Origin: an uncultured bacterium
Lineage (GTDB): Bacteria; T1Sed10-126
DNA: 25,710 nucleotides
Direction of reading: 5' to 3'
NCBI GenBank assembly: GCA_964566495.1
Contig: CAZMIT010000012.1
Span: 1 to 25,710, forward strand
Shown: piece by piece, positions 8,147 through 15,777 of the stretch
Numbering within the stretch: the first letter of the stretch is position 1
Layout: every line of letters begins with the position of its first letter
Notes under the pieces: generated by a model
Databases searched by the model: none
The model's input: only the letters and a program-made list of their open reading frames with translations
Told to the model about the DNA's origin: nothing
Position numbers and translations under genes: made by a program

Positions 8147-9107
8147 CCGTACCCTTCCTAACAGCAGTGCTGTCCCCGGTTAGTCTTACAAACGCGTCCT
8201 CAAGGCTTGGGTCGAGAGTGTTCAGGGAAACAATTTCTCGCTCGTGTTTGGCTGCATAATCGCTGAGCGCTTTAATTAGTGGATCAAGAGAGCCGGAGAA
8301 AATACGGAATTTCTTACCGGTACCTTCTACTTTTTCAACTTCCGGCAGTCCTTTCAAATCATCAACGGGAACTGGTGAATCTTCAGCTTCCGCAAACACG
8401 ACTTCCACGGAGCGGGTGGACTGGATGTCAGCCCGCAGATTTTCCGGGCTGTCAATTGCCGCGATCCGGCCGTTGTTAATTACCGCCACCCGGTCACACA
8501 ACCGGTTGGCTTCCTCAATGTTGTGGGTCATCAGATAGATGGTGACGCCGGTTTCGTTAAGCTCGGAGATTATCGTCCGAATTAGGCGGGCGCTCTGGAC
8601 GTCCAGGCCGCTGGTCGGCTCGTCGAGAAAAAGCAGTTGTGGTTCGTGCAAAAGCGCACCACAGAGCGCGACTCGCTGACGCATTCCCTTGGAGAACTCT
8701 TTTGTTTTTACGTCTTCGACGTCGCCAAGCCCAAATTCCTGCAGCAGGTCGGAGCTGCGTTGTTCTATCTTTGCCGAATCCATTCCGTACATTCGACCGG
8801 AGAACCAGAGGTTCTCCCGCGGCGTCAGGTCGGGGTAAGTGTTTACCGTCTCGGGTACGACGCCGAGTTGTTCCTTGGCCGCCGGGGCAGATTTTTCTAT
8901 GTCGTAGCCCATCACCCGCGCCTCTCCTGCCGTCGGCGGTAGAATTCCCGTCAGCACCCGGACGGTCGTGGTTTTACCGGCGCCGTTGGGACCCAGAAAA
9001 CCGAAAAAATCGCCGCGTTCGACGCTGAAGCTTATCCCGTTAACGGCCGGGAAATCGTCGTAATATTTTTTTAAATCAGTAACCTCAATCGCTTGTTCGC
9101 TATTCAT
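8139..9107 (-). CDS. ABC transporter ATP-binding protein (DrrA-like)
   Basis: Walker A GPNGAGKTT, signature FSKGMRQR, Walker B LLFLDEPTSGLD, C-terminal SLEDAF. ATG 9107 has a GGAG RBS. Confidence 0.95.
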   Translation of the reverse strand: MNSEQAIEVTDLKKYYDDFPAVNGISFSVERGDFFGFLGPNGAGKTTTVRVLTGILPPTAGEARVMGYDIEKSAPAAKEQLGVVPETVNTYPDLTPRENLWFSGRMYGMDSAKIEQRSSDLLQEFGLGDVEDVKTKEFSKGMRQRVALCGALLHEPQLLFLDEPTSGLDVQSARLIRTIISELNETGVTIYLMTHNIEEANRLCDRVAVINNGRIAAIDSPENLRADIQSTRSVEVVFAEAEDSPVPVDDLKGLPEVEKVEGTGKKFRIFSGSLDPLIKALSDYAAKHEREIVSLNTLDPSLEDAFVRLTGDSTAVRKGTDE

Positions 9108-9153
9108 TAAGTGTATTCTCCAAGGCAATGCTCTGGTTGCAGGTATGCTCAAT

Positions 9154-9282
9154 GATAAAGGAGGTATCTTATTATCTTATTCTCGCGGCCATCCAGGCCG
9201 CTCCGAGGTTTAAATCGCACAAAGCAAAAACATCCTGTTTATAGTGAGATTTAAAAATCCGATAATAAGCGCCTCCTTCATC
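9154..9282. other. Multi-stem inverted-repeat element in the ABC operon leader
   Basis: Outer IR 9154-9176/9261-9282; hairpin gcggcc-atcca-ggccgc 9185-9201; IR tttaaatcgcac/gtgagatttaaa 9209-9255. Confidence 0.55.
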
Positions 9283-9341
9283 TGTAATCGAAATGGAAGA
9301 AGACAAGAATCCTTTTAGTTACGCTAAATATGTTAGTTCTA

Positions 9342-9370
9342 ATTATATGTCAAAAACATATAAGACGCAA
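9342..9370 (-). promoter_or_regulatory. Sigma70 promoter with overlapping 8-5-8 palindrome, upstream of ABC operon
   Basis: TTGCGT-17 nt-TATAAT on the minus strand; ttatatgt-caaaa-acatataa at 9343-9363. Confidence 0.65.
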
Positions 9371-9499
9371 GTATAAAATTTTGGAGCCGCATACTCTTGA
9401 AGAGGGAAGACAAAAAAGGGGGGTGGATTGCGGAGCGGGGGCCGGGGGAGTCAAGGAGGCGAGTGGGCGATGGGGGAGCGGACCGAAGAAAATTACGGA

Positions 9500-9742
9500 T
9501 TAGTTGTAGTCTTCCAATATAGCCTGGATGTCAGCGACAGAAGCTACCTCGCCCTGGATCTTTACGTCACCGTTGACGGCCAGTCCCGGCGTGTTCATGA
9601 CGCCGTAGGACGTTATCTCGTTCAGGTCCTCGATCTTAACCAGTTCGTAGTCGAGGTCCAGGTCCGCAGCCGCCTCACGAACATTGTCCGCCAGGCGTTC
9701 GCAGTTCTTGCAGCCGGGGCCTAAAACTTCCAGTTTGACCAT
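9500..9742 (-). CDS. Small redox-active disulfide protein (MTH895/TM0996-type thioredoxin family)
   Basis: VLGPGCKNC, YGVMNTPGLAVNG; GGAGG RBS before ATG 9742. Confidence 0.92.
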   Translation of the reverse strand: MVKLEVLGPGCKNCERLADNVREAAADLDLDYELVKIEDLNEITSYGVMNTPGLAVNGDVKIQGEVASVADIQAILEDYN

Positions 9743-9782
9743 TGTAACCACCTCCTGGAGTAATGGACAGGATAAAACTCAT

Positions 9783-11078
9783 CTAAATAATCAGGCCATA
9801 AAAATAGCCGGCGAAGCTTGAAATTATCACGACCAGGCAAAAATAAGCAACAGTTTTACGGGTGCCGATGACCGAATGAATTACCAGCAGGTTGGGTAGC
9901 GAGACGGCCGGGCCGGCGAGTAGCAGACTGAGCGCCGGGCCCTCGCCCATGCCGGCGTCAAGCAGGCCCTCCAGGATGGGCACCTCGGTCAGGGTGGCGA
10001 AGTACATGAAGGCACCGGCCAGGGCTGAGAAGACGTTGGCCGGCCAGCTGTTGCCGCCGACCAGGGTCTGCACCCAGGTCGCCGGCACAATTCCATCCTC
10101 ACGGCCGGGCAGGCCGAAGAAAAAACCGGCAACCAGGACACCGGCCAGCAGTAGAGGTAGAATCTGACGGGCAAAGCTCCAGCTCTCCTCAAACCACTGC
10201 TCGGCCTCGCCGCCTTCGCTGATACAGACGAGGGAAAAGCCGACCAGACCGAGGCCGAAGGGAACCTCCGGAACGTCGGGGAAAAAGTAGGAGAGCAGGC
10301 CGATGCCGGCGGCGAGCAAAAATAGTTTCCAGCCCGAAAAATTGAAAAGTTTGACCAGCAGGCCGGCCAGGCCGAGCCCAAGACCGGCAGCCAGCGGCCA
10401 GCGGTAGGCGTGAACCGCCGCCCAGAAACCGGGCTGAGCCGGTTCGGCCAGCGTTGCGAGGACAAGAATTCCAACCATTAGAGCAAAATATATTACTGTT
10501 TCTGGCAGGGAGCGCTCAAGTTCGTCCGAGTCCATCGCCGGAGTGTCGGTGGTTTCGTTTTCCTCGCCGCGAAAGATGAAGTGCATTGACAGGCCCACGA
10601 CTATGCCCAGAAGAACAGCGCCAATGGCGCGGGCCAGTCCAAGCTGTAAGCCAAGCACGCGGGCGGTAAGAACAATCGCTAGCACGTTAATTGCCGGTCC
10701 CGAGTAGAGGAAAGCGGTTGCCGGGCCGAGCCCGGCGCCCATCTTGTAGATGCCGGCGAACAGGGGCAGGATGGTGCAGGAACAGACGGCGAGCACGCTC
10801 CCCGAGACTGAGGCGACGCCGTAGGAAACAACTTTTTTAGCCTCGGCGCCGAGGTATTTTATAATCGCGTCCTGGCTGAGAAAGACGGCCATGGCGCCGG
10901 CAATGAAGAAAGTGGGGAGCAGGCATAAGACCACGTGTTCGCGGGCATACCAGCGGGCCAGCTCCAGGGCCGAAAGGACGGCCGCTTGAAAAGCCTCAAA
11001 ATGAACCGGCAGGTAGTAGAGGCCGAAGAACACCAGGACAAACAGCGCAATGGTTTTACCCTCATTTTTTAACTTCAC
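9783..11078 (-). CDS. DUF318/ArsP-family permease
   Basis: YAREHVVLCLLP, LAVCSCTILPLF, FLYSGPAIN, MYFATLTEVP, LLAGPAVSLP. Confidence 0.9.
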   Translation of the reverse strand: MKLKNEGKTIALFVLVFFGLYYLPVHFEAFQAAVLSALELARWYAREHVVLCLLPTFFIAGAMAVFLSQDAIIKYLGAEAKKVVSYGVASVSGSVLAVCSCTILPLFAGIYKMGAGLGPATAFLYSGPAINVLAIVLTARVLGLQLGLARAIGAVLLGIVVGLSMHFIFRGEENETTDTPAMDSDELERSLPETVIYFALMVGILVLATLAEPAQPGFWAAVHAYRWPLAAGLGLGLAGLLVKLFNFSGWKLFLLAAGIGLLSYFFPDVPEVPFGLGLVGFSLVCISEGGEAEQWFEESWSFARQILPLLLAGVLVAGFFFGLPGREDGIVPATWVQTLVGGNSWPANVFSALAGAFMYFATLTEVPILEGLLDAGMGEGPALSLLLAGPAVSLPNLLVIHSVIGTRKTVAYFCLVVIISSFAGYFYGLII

Positions 11079-11098
11079 TTCAGATCACCCGGTCAAAC

Positions 11099-12232
11099 TT
11101 AGCCGGCCGCAGAAGAGGCGGCAAGTTCGGGGTTAGACTCAAAATAACCTCTTGTAGAGAGGCATATTCGCACCAGGAAGAGCATCGCGGGCACCTCAAT
11201 GAGCACGCCGACGACGGCAGCCAACGCCGCTGGCGATCCGGCACCGAAAAGCATAATCGCCACGGCGAGGGCGACCTCAAAGTGGTTGGAGGCGCCGATC
11301 ATTGAGGCCGGAGCGGCGTCCTCGTAGACAACCCCCAGCAGTTTGGCGGCCAGATAAGCGATGATAAAAATTGAAAATGTCTGCAGCAACAGAGGTATGG
11401 CAATCATCACTATATTTAACGGTAGACGAACGATTTCTTCGGCTTCCATAGTAAAAATGAAGGTTAACGTAAGCAGCAGGGCGACCGTAGCTACGTTATC
11501 AAGTTTAGGTAGGAACGTTTCTTCGAACCACTGCCGGCTCTTTAAAGTGATCAGAGAGTGGCGGGTGATGTAACCGGCAACCAGCGGCAGGCCGATGTAA
11601 ACCCCGACCGAGAACGCCAGGTAGCCCAACGGTATCGCTTCGCCGACTCCGGCCGTCATTTCAACCACGCCCGGCACGCCGACAAGCCCGAGCAGCAGTA
11701 CGCCAAGCGGTGCGTAGAGGAAGAGCATACTGAGAGAGTTGATAGCGACCATAATAAGAGTGTACCCCATGTTGCCTTCGGCGAGATAGCTCCAGACAAG
11801 GACCATCGCCGTACAGGGAGCTATGCCCAACAGTATCATTCCGGCCATGTAGCCGTAGGCGACCTCCATTTCCAGCCAGGGGGACCAGATGTGGACCATG
11901 AACAGCCAGCCCCAGAAGGCCATAGTGAATGGTTTGATCGCCCAGTTGACAATCAGCGTCAGCAGGACCGGTTTCGGCCGCTTGGTGGCGTTAACTATTT
12001 CGCTGAATTCAATTTGAACCATTATCGGGTAGATCATCAGGAACAATAGAACGGCGATAGGCACGTTAACGTCACGAATTTCGTAGTCTATCGCTTCGGC
12101 AAAGCCCGGCAGGCCCCAGCCGATCAGGGTTCCCGCGGCGATACAGAGAATCACCCAGACGGTCAGGTAACGTTCGAAGAAAGTTAAACCACGTCCTTTT
12201 TCTTCTGCTTTTTCGCTAACTTCACTGCTCAT
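11099..12232 (-). CDS. acr3: ACR3 family arsenite efflux transporter
   Basis: FFERYLTVW, NWAIKPFTM, GIAPCTAMVLVW, GASNHFEVALAVA, VGVLIEVP. Confidence 0.95.
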   Translation of the reverse strand: MSSEVSEKAEEKGRGLTFFERYLTVWVILCIAAGTLIGWGLPGFAEAIDYEIRDVNVPIAVLLFLMIYPIMVQIEFSEIVNATKRPKPVLLTLIVNWAIKPFTMAFWGWLFMVHIWSPWLEMEVAYGYMAGMILLGIAPCTAMVLVWSYLAEGNMGYTLIMVAINSLSMLFLYAPLGVLLLGLVGVPGVVEMTAGVGEAIPLGYLAFSVGVYIGLPLVAGYITRHSLITLKSRQWFEETFLPKLDNVATVALLLTLTFIFTMEAEEIVRLPLNIVMIAIPLLLQTFSIFIIAYLAAKLLGVVYEDAAPASMIGASNHFEVALAVAIMLFGAGSPAALAAVVGVLIEVPAMLFLVRICLSTRGYFESNPELAASSAAG

Positions 12233-12263
12233 AAGAAATCCCTCCCGAGGGCAAATTTAGCTC

Positions 12264-12325
12264 ATAAATCTTTCTTTATATAAAAAGTTCTTTATAAGGT
12301 TAATTTAATTTTTCGGTGATGTCAA
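12264..12325 (-). promoter_or_regulatory. acr3 operon promoter with AT-rich tandem operator-like boxes
   Basis: TTGACA(12325-12320)-17 nt-TAACCT(12302-12297), followed by two ATAAAGAA-N3-TTTAT boxes on the minus strand. Confidence 0.6.
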
Positions 12326-12429
12326 GGTATTTTTTTACACTCTGGACCAACCGTTTCACATATGTCCGAGCAAACTAAGTGGGAGGAGTGAAGCTGTTGG
12401 GGCCAGGCAGTATTTCCCGGGGAGAAGTC

Positions 12430-12551
12430 CAGAATCTACCATCGGTTTCGTCATTGCCGGGCTTGACCCGGCAATCCATCTTGAATATACCATAGATTCC
12501 GGGTCGGCGGTCACTACGTTCCCTTGCCCGGAATGACGTCGGTAGGTTTTG
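12430..12551. mobile_element. 122-bp MITE with 11-bp imperfect TIRs and 9-bp direct repeats
   Basis: ggagaagtc|cagaatctacc...ggtaggttttg|ggagaagtc. Confidence 0.65.
12449..12538. repeat. CGTC-tagged REP-like palindrome dimer
   Basis: cgtcattgccgggcttgacccggcaatcca ... tagattccggg...cccggaatgacg. Confidence 0.8.
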
Positions 12552-12569
12552 GGAGAAGTCCAGCGCGAC

Positions 12570-12598
12570 TTGACTTTAGTAGCGAAAGAAAATATAAT
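12570..12598 (+). promoter_or_regulatory. Sigma70 promoter of tRNA-Ala
   Basis: TTGACT-17 nt-TATAAT, 16 nt before the tRNA. Confidence 0.75.
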
Positions 12599-12614
12599 AT
12601 TCAGACAAGTTAAT

Positions 12615-12687
12615 GGGGCTGTAGCTCAGTTGGGAGAGCGCATCACTGGCAGTGATGAGGTCACGGGTTCGAGTCCCGTCAGCTCCA
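12615..12687 (+). tRNA. tRNA-Ala(GGC), CCA not encoded
   Basis: Acceptor GGGGCTG/CAGCTCC with G3:U70; anticodon arm catca-ctGGCag-tgatg; T loop GGTTCGAGTCC. Confidence 0.97.
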
Positions 12688-12713
12688 TTATTCTATTCTC
12701 TGGAGTTAATTCT

Positions 12714-14003
12714 ATGAAAAAACAGGACTTGTTGCTCGCCTTACTTTTCCTTCCTTTTCTACTGCTTGCGACGGCACTACCTGTCAGGGCACTTTCCAAT
12801 TTGACCGAGGTCGAATCAGTACAGATTCAACCCCCGGGGGGTTTTCGTCTCTCGCTTGGGGCTACCTACGAAGAGGAACGTGAACTGTTGGACGGTGAAG
12901 AATTCGATAACCTTCGCGTGGCTCCCGTCCGTTTGCGCTATGGTTTATTTGATGACTTTGAGCTGGCCCTGGCGACCAGTTATTCCGATAACCGTGAGGT
13001 TGACGAGAGCGGTCTGGACGAGGAAGGTGTGGAGGCAATTGAAGTTTCGGGTAAGTATCGCTGGGGACCTAACCTGGCGGTCACCGCCGGTTTTCGTGGT
13101 AAGGGAGAAAACGATGTGTACCCTTTTGGAAATGATGTTCGACAAATCTGGGCTAACGTTCCTTTCAAAACCCCGGCCGGCCCGGGAGCAATTCATTACG
13201 AAGTTGGATATACATTTGCTTCAGGAGAGGCTGGTGTGGGAGAGGATTATCGCGACCACTGGAACTGGGGAATCGGTTATTACTTTGTAGTATCGCCCCA
13301 GCTGGCTTTGCGCTCGGAAATAGTGGCGCGAGAGCGGACGTTAAAGGGGGCGGAGGATTTACGTGATGTTGTAGTGGGTTTTGACTGGCGTCCCAGCCGC
13401 TACAGTACCTACAGGACTCAGCTTCAGTTTGGAGTTGACGACGGCAGCCCTAACTATGGCGTTGGCATTAAATTTTCCTATGATTTTGGCGACCAGGGCC
13501 CGGAACCAGAACCGGTTCGGGAAGCCTTCCGTCAGACACCAATATTTGGGCGGGCAGCGCCGGAGCCGGAGGAGCATCTGGTAGTGCCGCCGGCCGGGGA
13601 CGAACCGGGGGTTGCACCGCCCGGCCCCCTGGATGAAGCGGCGGCACGGGAAGTTTTCGCTATTGTCGACGAGGGATTACGGGCTTTTGAGGAAGAGGAT
13701 TTTCAGTCGTCGTCGGACCATTTTGAAGAGGCTCGAGAAAAAGACCCGGACAATCCAGACGTGTTGATTAATCTGGCTACAGTCTATTATTTTATGGAAG
13801 ATTACGAGCGGGCGGCGGAAAATTATCAAAGAGCTGTAGACATAGAGCCGGAAGAAATAACAGCGATGATTGGTCTGGCCGCTTCTAAATATATGCTTGG
13901 AGATCAGGAAGCGGCGCTGGAACTCGTTGAGGAAGTGCTTGAGCGTGACCCCGGCAACGAGCAGGCTGAGCAATGGCTGGAAGAGCTGCAGGATGAGGAG
14001 TAG
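12714..14003 (+). CDS. Signal-peptide protein: putative outer-membrane beta-barrel plus C-terminal TPR repeats
   Basis: MKKQDLLLALL...PVRA signal; amphipathic strands ending GIKFSYDF; Pro/Glu linker; TPRs (DPDNPDVLINLA, YQRAVDIEPE, LERDPGN). Start moved downstream of the tRNA (GGAG RBS). Confidence 0.75.
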   Translation: MKKQDLLLALLFLPFLLLATALPVRALSNLTEVESVQIQPPGGFRLSLGATYEEERELLDGEEFDNLRVAPVRLRYGLFDDFELALATSYSDNREVDESGLDEEGVEAIEVSGKYRWGPNLAVTAGFRGKGENDVYPFGNDVRQIWANVPFKTPAGPGAIHYEVGYTFASGEAGVGEDYRDHWNWGIGYYFVVSPQLALRSEIVARERTLKGAEDLRDVVVGFDWRPSRYSTYRTQLQFGVDDGSPNYGVGIKFSYDFGDQGPEPEPVREAFRQTPIFGRAAPEPEEHLVVPPAGDEPGVAPPGPLDEAAAREVFAIVDEGLRAFEEEDFQSSSDHFEEAREKDPDNPDVLINLATVYYFMEDYERAAENYQRAVDIEPEEITAMIGLAASKYMLGDQEAALELVEEVLERDPGNEQAEQWLEELQDEE

Positions 14004-14195
14004 TTAGTCTTCTATAAGTTTTCTGATAAATCTTCCCACCACGCCTGCCACAAAAAGAAAAAAGGCCAGAAATCCAAGTTCTTCTCCCCGGCTTAGCTCG
14101 TATTCGAGAGTCAGGTAAGAAAATAGAGCTACTGCAGAGGCCACGCACAGTAGCTGTAGGAGCATGATTAAATTTTCTCTGGCTTCCTTATTCAA
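14004..14195 (-). CDS. Small two-TM membrane protein, unknown function
   Basis: GGGAGG RBS before TTG; two hydrophobic helices and a basic C-terminus. Confidence 0.65.
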   Translation of the reverse strand: MNKEARENLIMLLQLLCVASAVALFSYLTLEYELSRGEELGFLAFFLFVAGVVGRFIRKLIED

Positions 14196-14286
14196 AAAAA
14201 TACCTCCCGCGGTAAAGCTCTGTTACCGCTCTACTTGCTTTTGAGGTCAATCTGAAGCTTACTGAATTAAGTTCTTTAAAAAATCT

Positions 14287-14568
14287 TCAGTCTTCTTCGC
14301 TAAATAGGGAACGCTGCTTTTTTAATCCTCGGTCGAGAAAAGGTATTTTTTGTTGAATTTTTTCTATAAGTGTAAAGTGTATATTTTTCTGGTGAACGGC
14401 CCACTCAAGATTTTTATCGTGGGACATTCGGTAGACGAAACCATTGATGAAATCCAGCAGCTCCTGGTAGTGTTTCTCAAACTCCGGATCGTCCCGGTTG
14501 CGAGACGCACATTCAATATATAAATTTTCCAGCTTCAGTATATCTTCCCGTAGTCGCTGCTTGTCCAT
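14287..14568 (-). CDS. Hypothetical protein (93 aa)
   Basis: AGGGAGG RBS before ATG 14568 (MDKQRLREDILKLE...); no family recognised. Confidence 0.65.
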   Translation of the reverse strand: MDKQRLREDILKLENLYIECASRNRDDPEFEKHYQELLDFINGFVYRMSHDKNLEWAVHQKNIHFTLIEKIQQKIPFLDRGLKKQRSLFSEED

Positions 14569-14588
14569 ACTCGCCTCCCTGAAGTGGC

Positions 14589-14632
14589 CAAAACCAACCG
14601 AAGGGGCTCCCAAATCCCTTCGGTAGGTTCTG
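14589..14632. mobile_element. 44-bp minimal MITE/hairpin with 9-bp direct repeats, same ends as 12430-12551
   Basis: tgaagtggc|caaaaccaaccgaaggg...cccttcggtaggttctg|tgaagtggc. Confidence 0.65.
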
Positions 14633-14770
14633 TGAAGTGGCTGGTCCCTATCGTCAACAACTATAGATTAGCTAAAATAAGAAAAAATGATAGGGAATTG
14701 TTGGCAGGGATTGAAGCATTGATTAGTTAACGGTAAATAGGTAAAATATAACTGGTATGTAGAAGTAAAA

Positions 14771-14845
14771 GGGCCCGTAGCTCAGCCTGGTTAGAGCAGT
14801 CGACTCATAATCGATTGGCCGCAGGTTCGAATCCTGCCGGGCCCA
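14771..14845 (+). tRNA. tRNA with CAU anticodon, most likely tRNA-Ile2 (lysidine); CCA not encoded
   Basis: Acceptor GGGCCCG/CGGGCCC-A; GCAGTCGACTCATAATCGATTGG resembles bacterial Ile2. G1-C72 pairing and no GGG/CCC anticodon stem exclude fMet. Confidence 0.9.
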
Positions 14846-14847
14846 TT

Positions 14848-14926
14848 AATTCAGCTAAAAGTTGAAAGCTAAAAGCAGAAAGCAAAGGCAAAAGCATTGA
14901 AACCAGGGTCAAATTCAGCTAAAAGT
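14848..14926. repeat. Heptamer array and 15-bp direct repeat after the tRNA
   Basis: agctaaa agttgaa agctaaa agcagaa agcaaag; aattcagctaaaagt at 14848 and 14912. Confidence 0.55.
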
Positions 14927-15060
14927 CAAACCCCAAAACCCCAAAAAATCTGCAAAATCTCTCCTGGGAACGTTATATTCCTCTAAATTAGCCTCATATT
15001 AAATAAATGGCTGCAGTAAGCAAATATCTGCTAAGCTTCTTAGCGAAACAAGCTGCTTGG

Positions 15061-15552
15061 TTATGGCTGCAGGATATCTTCTTCAGTACTACTCTCTATT
15101 TTTATTACTGTTCTTTCGACTGTCTCGAACTGCTCGAGGGTGTGGGTAATCTGGTTGCGGATGGCCGTAACCCAGGCTGAGCCACCACCCGGATCGAGTT
15201 GCTCAGTGAAGTCGGCGGTTGCCGTGCCTTCCACGAGCTCAAAGGAGAGTAATTGTGTTTCGGTCGGAATTGATGTAGTTATCCCCTCTTCTTTTTCTTC
15301 CGATGTTGGTCCTGTAAGCAGGGATTGAAGGGCTGATTTTTCCTTGCCGTTGTCCACCGTAATTTCTCGTTCTATCGGTGCAAGTTCTTCCTGACCGTCT
15401 TCAACCGTCATGAAGTAAAGGATTACCGGTGTAGTTTCCGCTTCCTCTATTTTGGGGGGATAGGCTTCTTCCCAGCCGGGAGTCACGAAAAGATAACCCA
15501 GGTAAAGGCCGGCGGCGACAAATACAAGTAGAAGGAATAATTTTTTATACAT
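15061..15552 (-). CDS. GerMN domain-containing membrane-anchored protein
   Basis: N-terminal TM; VILYF, ALQSLLTGPT, SIPTETQLLS, ATADFT, QITHTLEQF. Confidence 0.9.
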   Translation of the reverse strand: MYKKLFLLLVFVAAGLYLGYLFVTPGWEEAYPPKIEEAETTPVILYFMTVEDGQEELAPIEREITVDNGKEKSALQSLLTGPTSEEKEEGITTSIPTETQLLSFELVEGTATADFTEQLDPGGGSAWVTAIRNQITHTLEQFETVERTVIKIESSTEEDILQP

Positions 15553-15777
15553 AATTGACTCCGTTTCTTATTGAAGATGGTCATTGAACCAGTTTGGATT
15601 AAAAAGTCGAACAAAATTTCAATTGTCAGCTCAGTAATATTTTACTTTAACCTGTGAAATGATGATACATCAATTTGATGAAAATGTAAGGGGGAGGTTA
15701 AAGACTACAAACTTGTTGCTTTTCTGTTATACTTTTGCAAATTTACATAATCACTAAAGTTAAAGGGGGCTTTTTGA

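Noticed and set aside
12549..12713. ORF-track N-terminal extension of the barrel/TPR gene
   Set aside because: Overlaps the promoter and tRNA-Ala; the signal peptide and RBS support ATG 12714.
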